This document shows, in pieces, positions 1 through 12,415 of a DNA stretch of 64,000 bases; the first letter of the stretch is position 1, and every line of letters starts with the position of its first letter. The stretch is from assembly GCF_018350175.1 (NCBI RefSeq), contig NC_058368.1, forward strand, positions 111,478,001-111,542,000. Direction: 5' to 3'. The stretch comes from Felis catus. Lineage: Eukaryota. The notes under the pieces were generated by a model, which saw nothing but the letters and a program-made list of their open reading frames with translations, made no database searches and was not told where the DNA came from. Position numbers and translations under genes: made by a program.

Positions 1-113
1 TGGAATATAAAGTAACCTATTATTTAAAAATTGCAATAATAGTGTTCTGTGAAGGAACTCAGGAATGTACCTATTAATCAGATTAGAATGTAGATTAAAA
101 TAATTTATATATA

Positions 114-1365
114 GGGGCGCCTAATCATCCAACTGTTGGTTTTTGGCTCAGCTCATGATCACGGTTTGTGAGTTTGAGCCCTGCACTGGGGATTCTCTCC
201 CCACCCCCCAAAATAAATAAATAAGCTTAAAAAGTATATATATATAATACATATATATATATAATTTATTATACATATATAATTTAATATATAATTGTAT
301 ATTATAATATATATAATTTTTTATATATAAAAAAGAACGTATATATCTATATATATGCCTATAAATATTTGTCATTTGAATATATATATATCTGTCCAAG
401 GAACATGTGTTCATCCCTTGAAGCATTATGGTAGTAGGATTTAACAGGGATAATCTTTGTAATCCACCTCATTTCAGAGACCAGAAAAATCAGTATGCTA
501 CGATAAGCAAACCTTCCCCTCCTCACCCAACCCTGGCCCCAGTCAGAGAAACCACATGAGAACAGGACAAGGAGGCTGAGCTCTGGAAAGCCAGTTTTTG
601 GCTAGGTCTCTTGGCCTGGGTGAGACAGGTATTGTCAGTTCGCCCTGTGGATATGGAGTGTGCGGGGAAGGAAGAGAAATAAGGGCCACCCAGGTTCTGT
701 GGCTGCTGAGAGATTCTGCTTCTTAGAATGTTTTTTAGAGGAAAAGGCAAAGCTGTTGGTTTTTTTAGATTTTATTTTTTAAGTTATCTTTACACCCAAC
801 ATTGGGCTCAAACTCACAACCTCAGATTAAGAGTCACGTGCTCTACCGACTGAGTCAGCAGGGTGCCCTAAAGCTATGTTTTTTGTAAAGTCTTTCCTAT
901 ATTGTAGATTGAGGAACTTTTATACATTTTATTATCAAAGATTTTTAGCTCAGTGCTTCAGTTTTTTCACATGAATTTTTAAACATGAAAAAATTTAAGC
1001 ATATTTAAAAATAAAGTGAATCGTACATTGAACCCTTATGTACTCAGATTTAACAGTTACCAAGAATTTACATCAGTTACTTCATATAATTCTCCATTTC
1101 TCTCTTCTTTGCTAAAAAGCTTTAAAATAGCTTAAAAACTAGGGATGCCTGGGTGGCTCAGTCAGTTGAACATCCGACTTCAGTTCAGGTCATGATCTCT
1201 TGGTTCATGAGTTTGAGCCCCGCGTCAGGCCCTGTGCTGACAGCTTGGACCCTGGAGCCTGCTTCGGATTCTGTCTTCTTCTCTCTCTGCCCTTTCTCTG
1301 TTCACACTCTGTCTCTCTCTCTCTCTCTCTCTCAAAAATAAACATTAAAAAAATTAAGAAAAAAT
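114..1365. mobile_element. Three older Can-SINEs: about 114-220 (+, partial), 765-869 (-, short form), 1142-1365 (+)
   Basis: Can-SINE head and body motifs with A-rich tails. Confidence 0.8.
235..392. repeat. TA-rich low-complexity tract
   Basis: Interrupted (TA)n following a SINE tail. Confidence 0.9.
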
Positions 1366-1496
1366 GCTTAGAAACTTAGTCTCAGCATGTCATTTTACCC
1401 TCACATCCTTCATAAATATCTCTAGAAAATATGGTCATTTTCTTGTATAAACCATAATGCTACTATTATACCGAACAATATAAACCACAATTTCTT

Positions 1497-1717
1497 TAAA
1501 AAAAATTTTTTTTTCAACGTTTATTTATTTTTGGGACAGAGAGAGACAGAGCATGAACGGGGGAGGGGCAGAGAGAGAGGGAGACACAGAATCGGAAACA
1601 GGCTCCGGGCTCTGAGCCATCAGCCCAGAGCCTGACGCGGGGCTCGAACTCACGGACCGCAAGATCGTGACCTGGCTGAAGTCGGACGCTTAACCGACTG
1701 CGCCACCCAGGCGCCCT
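1497..1717 (-). mobile_element. Young felid Can-SINE (SINEC_Fc-type)
   Basis: tRNA-derived head, CT-rich region and A-tail; CpGs retained. Perfect TSD TAAACCACAATTTCTT at 1481-1496 and 1718-1733. Confidence 0.95.
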
Positions 1718-3307
1718 TAAACCACAATTTCTTGATATCAGCCAGTACCCAGGCAAAATCAAATTTCCTGGAAGGTCAGGAATGCCTTTGGACAGTAATT
1801 TTGTTCTAATTAGGATCCATGTGAGTCTACCCATCATATCTGCTCTATTTATTCTTTCAATCTAGAGCCAGCAAGCTCCCCTTCTTTCCCTGTTAGCCCC
1901 ATGTCATTGACTTATTGTGTAAGTGGGGTCAGGTGTCCTGTAGAGGATCCCACCTTCTGAATTTGTTCCTTTTGGTGTCATTTAACTTGTTTCACTGTAC
2001 CCTGAATGGAAACTTATCCCCTTATTTTGAATGCAAGCCTGAGGGGCTCAACTTGTTGGCTGTTAACATACACCACATATTAACACAGTGGAGGGAGCAG
2101 GATATGGCTTGTAATTGCAGTGGTGAAGACCCGAGAATGCATCTACTAATTAGCAGCTACATGAGGGTTTGACATAAGGTCCTTGTTAAGGGTTGTTGCG
2201 TCCGCTGGAACTCACAAACTTTACTGTAGAGAATTAGAGATCTCATATGAGAAGGCTGTAGAAATACTCATTGTGGTAAATTCCAACAGAATGAATCCCC
2301 AGACATTCTTCAAGTAACTGACATGTCAGCCTAAAAAGACACTGTCCGAGTTGGAGGCCCCCAAATTCCCTTTTGTTCCAAACCTTTGTGTGATGGCAGT
2401 GGTTTCTCTGATACGGTAAACTTTGGTTTCCCTCCATTTTCTTTCTAAGTGATCTCTGGAGCCCAGAGGAGTTAGAGACATGAACTACGACCCCTTGTAT
2501 GACTTCCATAGATAACAAACCAGGTGCCAGCATGTTTGACAGTTCCTTTCATAAACTGAAGTTAATGAAAGTCGTGAAAATAATGGTTACTTTCTGGTGT
2601 TGGTAGGAGTTAGGAGACCTTTGGCTCAACAGAATAAGCATGATTCTTCATGTTTTTGCTCTAGACAGAAAGCAGCAGCAGGTATATTGTATTTGGACAC
2701 AAACCTGACTCCCGTTAGAGTGTTGAAGGATTGCAGGACTCATAGAGGTACGGGACAAGTCTATCTGCTTTCTCATCCAATGTTCAAAAATAAGCTGGTT
2801 GAACTCTGTAACTTACAGTTTTGTGAATTTCCTACAAAACAGCAAGGGCTGTAAAAGGGTGTAGCTAGAATATGTGAACTTTTTGTTTCAGTGCCAGTTA
2901 CTTGGGACGATTAAAGGAATGACTCTTGGCCAGAAGACTTGAGTCCCCAAGCTGCCATGCTCAGCTTGTTGTGTCCCCAAGTGGGGCCAAGTGTGGATTG
3001 CTTCCAAAAGGGTAGAAGAGGTGGCCCTTTGGCTTCTTGTTCCAGGGTTCCCGTCCTGTCCACCTGTCCATGAGAAAATATGGATGATTTCAGTGGACCC
3101 TGGATGAGCTTGTCGCCTCTGATTCTCTTCACCGGGAGTTCCATTCCCGGACTAGATGTCTTCATCAGTGACTTCAGAAACCACATTCAGATGGGCTTAG
3201 CTGTGCTGATATGGTATACTAAGAACAACTGGCCTTTTCTCTGCTGCTTCCAGCTGGCCAACTTTCTTCACCCCTGCAAGCATTGTGAAAGATTTCTTTA
3301 CATTCTT

Positions 3308-3540
3308 TTTTTTTTTTCTTTTTTTTCAACGTTTTTTTTATTTTATTTTGTTTTTGGGACAGAGAGAGACAGAGCATGAACGGGGGAGGGGCAGAGAGAG
3401 AGGGAGACACAGAATCGGAAACAGGCTCCAGGCTCTGAGCCATCAGCCCAGAGCCCGACGCGGGGCTCGAACCCACGGACCGTGAGATCGTGACCTGGCT
3501 GAAGTCGGACGCTTAACCGACTGCGCCACCCAGGCGCCCC
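3308..3540 (-). mobile_element. Young felid Can-SINE (SINEC_Fc-type)
   Basis: Near-identical to the 1497 copy. TSD TACATTCTT at 3299-3307 and 3541-3549. Confidence 0.95.
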
Positions 3541-4877
3541 TACATTCTTAATCTCCTCTCTATTTCTCCCCCAAAGTGTGCTTTGATGCTTAAAGAGGGA
3601 AGACATGGAGGTATGTATACCTTTGGGGTTCCCGGGGATGGACTTGCACCATGCTCAGCTACTTGAGTGAGCATGAGGATCCCTGATGCCATCCATCTGT
3701 ATACTCATACAGCACACACCTGCAAAGGGCCTTCTGTGTGCCCCAGGTGGAGTGGGCGCATTGATGTATTGGGGGAAGGTGGAAACAGATTCAGGTGGAG
3801 AACTGTTTCAGACTGTCTCCCAGCAGCTGCTCCAGGAGACCACTGTGGGAATGTCAGCCACAAGCCCAGAAGAATTTAGGGGGCATATGACCAAAGAAGG
3901 CCGTAGGGGGTATAGGAAGAGCTGATCCCTGAGGGAGAGAATGTAGAGAAAGAAGCTGAAGTATGAATCTTGGGGACATTAATCAGAGTGGTTCTTCATG
4001 CTTCACTGTTGATGATTTTAAATGGAGAAACTGAATAAATCAGATGTTATTTCCCAGTTCAGTGTATTGGTTGCCTCTAAGAGTATTTTCCTAACAGGAA
4101 CAGTCATATACACTTGTTTTAGAATGCCTGTGACAACAAAGGCATTGCGGTAGTTACTTCCTTTTCTTAGCGATCAAGAACTTACATTTGCACAAATTTG
4201 ATCAATTTAGCCACTAAGGATTTAGTGCAGCACAGGGCTCCTCAGATCACTCTGTCTAGATTTGCCTTGGAAACCAAAGGGGTTAGGTAGGAGTATGAAA
4301 GTATGGTGAATATATTAATCCCAAGAATTGAACCGAGCAAAAACCCTATTGCTCATGCACATAAAGTATCTCTACCCCACAGGCTTATCCCCTAAACTCT
4401 GTTTAGGAGGATCGTATGCACACAATTACATCCCCCCAATTAGCTAGTGCTGGGCATGGCTAACCTTCTCTGTTTCTACGTTTTCTTGTGTTCTAGCCCC
4501 AAACCCATCAAAATCTTTTCTGTCATTCCTGGTGTCTCCAGTCCAGTCTTGTGCCCTAGAGTTATGCTATTGGCTTCTAGAACTCAGAGAACTTTGTTTT
4601 TCCCTCTTATATGACCCTTATCTCTTTCTAACACATTAAGGGACTTTGTCTATCCGATGGGGATACTTCTGAAGAAGGAAGGGCTTTTGTCTGCTTTAGC
4701 TCTAGCATCTGTCTCTCACCTTTAGCCTGGAGCTTTATAGTTCCTGTGTACTCATAACCCTTTGGCTGACCTGAGGTGCTTAGTCTCCCAGGGAAGACAA
4801 GCTGTCTGCGTGGGTCAGATGGGGAAGATTTTACTCCAGGGAACTGCAGACTACCACTATACTGGAATGCCCAAGAG

Positions 4878-4885
4878 TGACCTCA
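4878..4885. promoter_or_regulatory. CRE-like element TGACCTCA in the CATSPER3 proximal promoter region
   Basis: One mismatch to the CRE consensus TGACGTCA, about 110-130 nt upstream of the candidate start codons. Motif match only. Confidence 0.35.
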
Positions 4886-5017
4886 TAAAGCAAGGGTTCC
4901 TTTTGTGGGCCCTGCTCTGTGGCCTCTCGGGATCTAGATGCCAAGGAGATCTCTAAGCATAGATTTTCTGTTGGATGATTAAAGCAAAGAATAAAAATGG
5001 AAAATTTTTTGGGGAAA

Positions 5018-5118
5018 ATGCCTCAACAGTTTCATTACCAGAAGGACACAAGAGTCATTTCAAGCTCCCTGTTGGATAATGCCTCAAAGCTATTCTATTC
5101 GAGATTCGGGAGCTTTCA
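5018..5118 (+). CDS. CATSPER3: CATSPER3 coding exon 1 (MPQQFHYQKDTRVISSSLLDNASKLFYSRFGSF, phase 2)
   Basis: Manual translation. The RVISSS motif matches the mammalian CATSPER3 N-terminus as I recall it. Donor CA|GTAAAT at 5119, and the phase joins exon 2 in frame. An upstream in-frame ATG exists at 4997. Confidence 0.85.
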
Positions 5119-5569
5119 GTAAATATTCTTTATTTCTCTGGCTTGTTAAGAAATGTGCAAATGGCAGTTTGGGGGCAGGGTGTCAATGTTCTCTTAGCCT
5201 CTTCCCGTACACGCTCCTCCGCTGCCCAAAACAAGGTGCATGCCCTTGAGAATCTGCCTTCTGTGGCTGGTAAGGTTGGTGGAGGCTTAGCCAAACCCTT
5301 TGCTTCCTTGGCCTTAAATTATGACTGGCTATTTAAGTCAACATTCAGTTGTGCTCTTATTTGACCCGTACACTGAATTTGACTCTCTGTTGCCCTTTTT
5401 TACTTTTTACCTTTTTGTCATTTTTACTTTGCTTTTATTAGCTACTGTGTTAGAAAATTTGAAGATTTTTTTGGGGAATAATAGACCTGATCTCACATTA
5501 GACAGTGAAATCATACATCTTGTTTTTATAGACTATAATAGTATATATATTCTGTATTTATTTACTCTT

Positions 5570-6350
5570 ACGAGAGTGTATTCATTTGATACATATAATG
5601 GGAAAAAGTGATACATACTCTTTGAGAAAAATTGCAAAGCACAGATAAATATAAATAACCAAGAAAAAGAATTACCTGTAAGCTCACTTTCCATAGGCAG
5701 ATACTAGTGACATTTTGGCATGTTTCCTACTCAGTTTTTTCTACCTATTTTTGTACATTTGAGATAATTCTGAGTATACAGAGTTGTGTATCTTGTTTTT
5801 GTCTTTTGCTATACAGTGGATCATCATTTTTTCAAATCATCAAAAATGCACAGATATATTTTAGTATCTATATAATATTCCATGAGATGGATATGCCATA
5901 GTGTACTTAACTAGTCTTTTTTGCTAGACTTTTTAAATTGTTTTCAAGTTCTCACTACTATAAATAATGCTGGGATGCACGTGTTTGGCCATAGTCACCT
6001 CATTCCAGATTGTATTCTCTTAGGGTAGGGAGGTTCCTTATATCAGAGGATACACTCAGTGCTAAGGCTTTTCAGAGGAGCTGGCCAATTTACATTCCTC
6101 CTGGCATTTTATGAGAATGCCTCATCACACTACACTATTGTCAGCATTAAATGCTGTTACGTTTAAGTCTTTGCCAACTTTATAAGCGAAAATGGTGGTT
6201 TCACCTAATTTGCATTCCGTTGGTTGGTAATGCTACTGAATGTTCATTACCATTTATATTTATTTCATAAATTGATTGTGTGTTTGCCTGTTTTTTCCTA
6301 GAGTGTCCAGTTTTTTTTTTTTTATCATTAATTTGTGTGTACTTGTCTGG
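5570..6350 (-). mobile_element. Old L1 3' fragment (L1ME-like) in CATSPER3 intron 1
   Basis: Reverse-strand L1 3' motifs (TATAAATAATGCTGGGATG, AATTTACATTCCTCCTGGCA, TAATTTGCATTCC). Confidence 0.6.
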
Positions 6351-6649
6351 GTGATTATTGGATTACCAGTTTTTCCTACTAGACTGAGAGGATTGAGGTT
6401 TGCTCACCTTATATGCACAGTGTCTGCTATATTGCCTGGCATGTAGTACTCATTCGATAAGAATTTGTTGAATGAGTAAATGAAGATGATGCTTTGTTTT
6501 GCTTGAGAAGTAGTGGTAACTCCCCCCTCCTCCCCCCCCCTCCCCCACCGAGGTCTAAAGTGAAGGTACTAAATAACTGAGTGGGGACAGAACAATTTAG
6601 GGATCATTATACATATTTCAGTGGTTATTCAGTTAGTGTTGTGTTGCAA

Positions 6650-8870
6650 TTTTTAAATAATATTTATCTAAGTAATCTCGACACCCAACATGGGGCTCGA
6701 ACTCATGACCCTGATCAAGAGTCAGTGCTCTTCCAACTGAGCCAGCCAGGAGTCTCACATTGTGTTGCAATGTGAAAGTGTATTTACATTAAAAATATAT
6801 ATATTTTTTACATTTTATTTATTTTTGAGAGAGCGCACAAGTAGGGGAGAGGCAGAGAGAGAGGGAGACACAGAATCTGAAGCAGGCTCCAGGTTCTGAG
6901 CTGTCAGCACAGAGCCCGACATGGGGCTCAAACTCACAAACCATGAGATCATGACCTGAGCTGAAGTCGGACGCTTAACCGACTGAGCCACCCAGGTGCC
7001 CCAGTATATTTAAATTTACATTCACAGAGAGGATAGAGCAGACCCTCATCCCTACAAAAATGTGTGATGTTTGGGATCTAGTTCTGTTGTAAGATAATCA
7101 TACCTCTGCTTCAACTTTTTGACAGAAGAAAAGATGCTCAATGTCAGGAATTTGTGAAGAGAGTCATAATGAGTCATCTCTTTAAGATAATTATGATTAG
7201 TATCGTCTCCGTGAATGCCTTTTTTGTGGTCTTGTCGACTGATTATAATACAAGATACAACTTATTCACACTTTGTGAGGTAAGCAGACAAAAATGGATC
7301 CATTTTCTTCTGTTTCACCTGTTTTATTTTTGAAAATGTTATGTTTGAGGCATTTTGTTCAAGAAAATTTTCCATAGAAAAATTCTAAGGGCTTTAAAAA
7401 TCTACGGTAAAATCGGGGAAGAAGGTGGCAACAGTAGCAGTGGTGACAGTGTTTTTTAATCTCCCTGAGTTTCCTCTTGAAAGCAGAGCAATTTGAGAGC
7501 AGAGCTAAAAACCGACGGGAAGCATTGAAACCCAAACTAGTTAAAAAGATATCTTTACTAAGAGCCATAACTGCACAGTGTTAGCCTCTGAAGGAGACAA
7601 AGCAGAGGGCATTCAATAAATATCCGCTGAAAGGTATGGTGGGCTGATGTGAGAATAGCCCTTGATGGTGGGAAGGGCATTGCTCATTCCAGTACTGGCT
7701 TAGTGCAAGAAGTTCTTGATAGTTTTCAGAGTGCCTAGAACAGTCTGGATCTTGTAAACTTTGAAGACTGACCATCCAGGGCTCCCTTCAGGGCCGGCAC
7801 TCTCCCACCCCCTGCCCACCTAGCAGAAATATTGGGAGTGGAATAAAAATTGAGCAGGGTAGGGGCCCAGAGATGAAGGAGGAAAAGGTCCAGATAAAAT
7901 TGGAGGAGGGAAACAGAACAAAGAAATCTTAAATAAGGCCACATCTTTAAAAAATTTTTTTAAGTTTATTTTTTATTTATTTTAAGAAAAAGTGTGAGTG
8001 GGGGAGGAGCAGAGAGAGAGGGAAATGGAGAATCCCAAGCAGGCTCTGCACTGTCAGCACAGAGTTCAATGTGGGGCTTGAACCCATGCAATTGTGAGAT
8101 CATGACCTGAAGCTACCCCACCTTGAAACACAGCACAAAACAGGGAGCTACATGTAGTTAGAACCACACCTTCTAAAAGTACAGGAAGGGGCAGCTGGGT
8201 GGCTCAGTTGGTTAAACATCTGACTTCAGATCAGGTCATGATCTTGTGGTTGGTGGGTTTGAGGCCCACATCAGGCTCTCTGCTGTCAGTGCAGAATCTG
8301 CTTTAGATCCTCTGTCTCCCTTTTTTTGCCCCTCCTCTGCCTCGCACATGTGCTTTCTCTCTCTCTCTCTCTCTCTCTCTCAAAAATAAACATTAAAAAA
8401 AAAAAGTTCAGGAAAGAGTATAAAAGAGTATACTAGAAAGAGATTGAGGTAAAATCCCACAGAGAATTATTATGAAAGGAAAAAAGGGAATAAAGTGGAG
8501 AATAATACCCCTGTAGATAATGGAAGCCTACCACAAAGACATGTCCACAAAACAGAGAACTGTAGCATGTTATTTCAGAACTAGGTAAATGTTTAAGAAA
8601 ATGATATGAGATAGGAAAGAACAGAGGCCAAGTGACAAAACTCAGGAAAGAATTAGAAATAGGGGCATCTGGGTGGCTCCGTCAGTTAAGTGTCCGACTT
8701 CAGCTCAGATATGATCTCATGGTTCGTGGGTTCTAGCCCTGCATCAGGCTCTGTGCTGACAGCTCAGAGCCTGGAGCCTGCTTCAGATTCTGTGTCTCCC
8801 TCTCTCTCTGCCCCTCCCCTGTTCACACTCTGTCTCTCAAAAGTAAACATTAAAAAAAAATTTTTTTTAA
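6650..8870. mobile_element. Older Can-SINEs flanking CATSPER3 exon 2: about 6650-6757 (-), 6800-7002 (-), 7945-8110 (-, truncated), 8188-8405 (+), 8661-8870 (+)
   Basis: Can-SINE motifs. Several have TSDs, e.g. TTGTGTTGCAAT, AAAAGT(A/T)CAGGAA, AATTAGAAATA. Confidence 0.85.
7126..7279 (+). CDS. CATSPER3: CATSPER3 coding exon 2 (S1 segment; RKDAQCQEFVKRVIMSHLFKIIMISIVSVNAFFVVLSTDYNTRYNLFTLCE)
   Basis: Acceptor TTTTTGACAG| at 7125 and donor GAG|GTAAGC at 7280. 154 nt, open, in phase with exons 1 and 3. FVKRVIMS..FKIIMIS resembles CATSPER3. Confidence 0.93.
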
Positions 8871-9950
8871 ATAATTAGAAATAAAAGTCATTTCAAAAAT
8901 GAAGATGTGGGGTGCCTGGGTGGCTCAGTTGGTTAAGTGTCAGACTCTTTTTTTTTTTTTAATATTTTTTTTAATGTTTATTCTTGAGAGAAAAAGAGGA
9001 AGCACGAGTCAGGGAGGGGCAGCGAGAGAGGGAGACACAGAATCTGAAGCAGGCTCCAGGCTCTGCGCTGTCAGCACAAAGCCCAATGCGGGGCTCAAAC
9101 CCATGAAACGCAAGCGTCAACCTCTTGATTTTGGCTCAGGTCATGATCTCACAGGTTTAAGATCAAGCCCTGCATCGGGCTCCATACTGAGCATGGAGTC
9201 TGCTTGGGATTCTCCTCTCCTCTCCTCTCCTCTCCTCTCCTCTGCTCTCGCTTGCTTGTGTGTTTTCTCTCTTTCAAAGGAAAAAAAGTTGAAGATGCAA
9301 CTAAGAGCAATTAGGCACAATAGGTAATAGCTTAAGTGAAATATTAGATTAATGGAAGAGATTTTTAAAAATCTATAAGAAATGAAGAGATAAAAAGGAT
9401 TCAAGAGAAAATGATGAATACTGAAGATGTGGGAAGAAAAGATCCAACATAAATATAATAGGAGTCCCTGAATTTGAAACAAAAACAAAGGGACAGACCA
9501 AACACAAACCTGTAATTAAGAAAAGTTACCTGAAATAAAATAATTAAAATTATATATTGAAAGAGCACACTTTGAGAATATGGATTGAGAACAATAAACC
9601 CCAGGACTTTCTAGTAAAATTATTGGACTCTAAAGGAAAGAGGTAGAGGACATTGTGAGCATCCCAATTGGATAAGGAAAAGAAAATATTTGACAGACTT
9701 TTTTTCTGGTAATGCTTTCTGCTAAAGGAAATGGAGTAATATATTTAAGATACTTGAGGGAAGAAAATGTGAACCAAGAATTCTAGATGCTGTATAACTG
9801 ACTTCCAAGTATCATGCACATGGAGAAACTGTCACCGATCATTAAAACAATTGGATGATACTGTTCCCTTGAGCTCTTCCTTTGGAATCTGGTGAAGAAT
9901 AAGTTGCAGCCAACCAGAATGACTAGAGATGCATCAACATTAGGATGTGG
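8420..9950 (+). mobile_element. Very old L1/HAL1 ORF1-like remnant, interrupted by SINEs
   Basis: Decayed ORF1-type motifs (GATCCAACATAAATATAATAGGAGTCCCTGAA, ATTGAAAGAGCACAC, AACCAAGAATTCTA). Strongly A-rich. Confidence 0.5.
8909..9285 (+). mobile_element. Can-SINE containing a nested antisense, 5'-truncated Can-SINE (8950-9111)
   Basis: Host head at 8909-8949 resumes at 9112. Degenerate 15-bp TSD AAGTGTCAGACTCTT / AAGCGTCAACCTCTT. Confidence 0.85.
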
Positions 9951-10539
9951 ATGAGCATTAAACATAATTGTTTGTAGAAATAATCATAATTGTGGGTTAA
10001 CGAGAGATTCCAGCATATAATGAATCTGTCCTCTGGCAGGGAAGATACAGTATGACTAAATGGGGGGGGACTGGGGAGAGTTAATGCAAAAAAATTTAAA
10101 ACCATTGTTAGAAGTCAGCTTAGTGGAGATACTAGTAGTCGTGTCATTTTGAGACTGTTGTGTGTGTAATACAGGATAAAACAGATGGGTAATTATTGGA
10201 CAGTTTAGTTGTGTTGTCCTCTGTGTCATTTTTTTTAATGTTTTTTTTTTATTTTGAGAGAGAGAAAGCATGAGTGGGGGTGGGGCAGAGAGAGAGAGAG
10301 AGAAAGACAGACAGACAGAGGATCTGAAGCAGGTTCTATGCTGACAGCAGAGAACCTGAAACAGGGCTCAAACTCACGAACCATGAGATCATGATGTGAG
10401 CCCAAGTCGGATGCTTAACTGACTGAGCCATCCAGGCGCCCCTCCTTTGTGTTCTTGAGAACCAGTAATAATCATGGAAGAAAGGAGAAACATATAGACA
10501 AAACTAAGTAAAAACCATGTAGTTTCACATTTAAATTTG

Positions 10540-11830
10540 AAACATCAGTATAAATTACTAATGTATTTCGTCCTTACTCATGAAAGATCTAGAACATTGA
10601 CCGCTAAACTGTTATGCATCCTTAGTGCCCACAATTTGATTTTGAAAGACCATTTCTTACTAAAACAAACAAACAAACAAAACAGATTAGAGATTCTTAG
10701 AGAAATGATTGACTGCAGGTCTAGGGCAAGAAATAGTTGGATCAGGAGTATCTTGTCATGCACATAGCAAGGAAGCTATCAAAGATTACTGGGGTCATGT
10801 CAAAAGGACTCATGAAACAACTTGAAGAAGAGGCTCCTACTGGACAAAGATGGGACACTTTGAGCTTCAATAAGGATAATAATTAAAATGGATTGAAACT
10901 CATCAAACAATCTATAAGTTTGCAATGATACCAAAACACTAATGTCACTTTGGAGGGTAATAAGGAACTAATCCTTTATCTCAAAAACTGTTAAATTAAG
11001 AGAAAGAATCATACATTAATAACCTTATATAAATCATATTACTGAGTAATATTACATAGTAAGGGGAAACTCTCTTTACAGAAAAATCCCAGGGGCACCT
11101 GGGTGGCTCAGTCGGTTAAGCGTCCAACTTCAGCTCAGGTTGTGATCTCATGTTCGTGGGTTTGAGCCCCACATCAGGCTCTGTGCTGACAGCTCAGAGC
11201 CTGGAGCCTGCTTCGGATTCTGTGTCTCCCTCTCTCTTTGCCCCTCCCCTGCTTGTGTTTTGTCTCTCTCTCAAAAATAAATAAACATTAAAATATTAAA
11301 ATAAAAAATGTTTACAATAAAAAAGAAGTATCCCAGTTAATAAATGAAAAAAGAAATGATAGAATTAGGATATCACTATTTTCATCCCCCAGTGAAGTAA
11401 TGGATCTAGGCCATGAGCATCAGTGGCTGCTGCCGTCATAAAAGGAGAGACAGCCAGACATTATATGCCTGCTGTGAAAGAACAGAACCTACAATCTTGC
11501 CAAAGAGATGAAACCTGAATCTGATCTAGCCTTTGGATCCAGCTGCCTGTTTCCGGGAAATAGAGGACAGAGGAGAATGCTGAGGTACACCATGAGTGTG
11601 CAGTCAGCAAAATCCAGACTGGTAAATTCTACCAGTCAGACTGCCTGGGTTCATCAACAAATAAAGTGTAAGGAAAGAGAAAAAGGAATGGAAGACTTAA
11701 AAGACCTATCAAAATTTTTAAAAACTTACAATTAAACTTGAAGAATTAGTTCCAGGGATGTATACATGGGTTCCTATCTATAGAGAAATGTAAGAAAGTG
11801 ATTACTATGAAAATCAGGATAGTGGTGATG
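10540..11830 (+). mobile_element. Old L1 3' region (L1MC-like), probably continuing at about 20920-21005
   Basis: Resembles the long L1MC-type 3' UTR as I recall it. A-rich strand bias. Confidence 0.5.
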
Positions 11831-12415
11831 TAAACAAAGGACATGGTGAAACCCAGGAAAAGAGAGACTTTGGGAAATGAAGGCATTGACAAGTTCCCAT
11901 GTGTATGGAAGGATTTAGAGAGCCATAAATGCCCAGGGCAGGACACATACTTAGAAAAGACTTGAGAAGATCCCAAGCTTTCACCTCTGGCTGATCTCTA
12001 TGATCAGCACAAGTAGGAAATGAAGGCTAAGGTAGAGTTGAAAAATGGCTAAGCATTGATGGGGTCTTCCAACACAAAGTTAGTCTGCAAAGACTAGGAG
12101 AGTTTCTTTTTCTTTTCCCTCCCCCCTCTCTTTTCTTTCTTCTCTTTCCTTCCTTTCCTCTCTTTTTCTCCCTCCCTCTCTCTCTCTTTCCTTCCTTCCT
12201 TTTAAAAAAAATTTTAATGTTTATTTATTTTTGAGAGAGAGAGAACAAATGAATATGAAAGGGGGAGGAGGAGAGAGCGAGGGAGACACAGAATCTGAAG
12301 CAGGCTCCAGGCTCCAAGCTGTCAGCACAGAGCCCAACATGGGTCTCAAACCCACAAACCATGGGATGATGACCTGAGCTAAAGTTGGACACTTAACTGA
12401 TCCACCAGTCACCTC

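Noticed and set aside
1514..1837. Recurrent ORFs reading GAPGWRSRLSVRLQPGHDL or MAQSVERPTSAQV
   Set aside because: Translations of Can-SINE copies, not a gene family.
1..4700. Possible last exon of the expected upstream neighbour PCBD2
   Set aside because: No matching coding sequence found by eye. It probably lies upstream of the window, though untranslated sequence here cannot be excluded.
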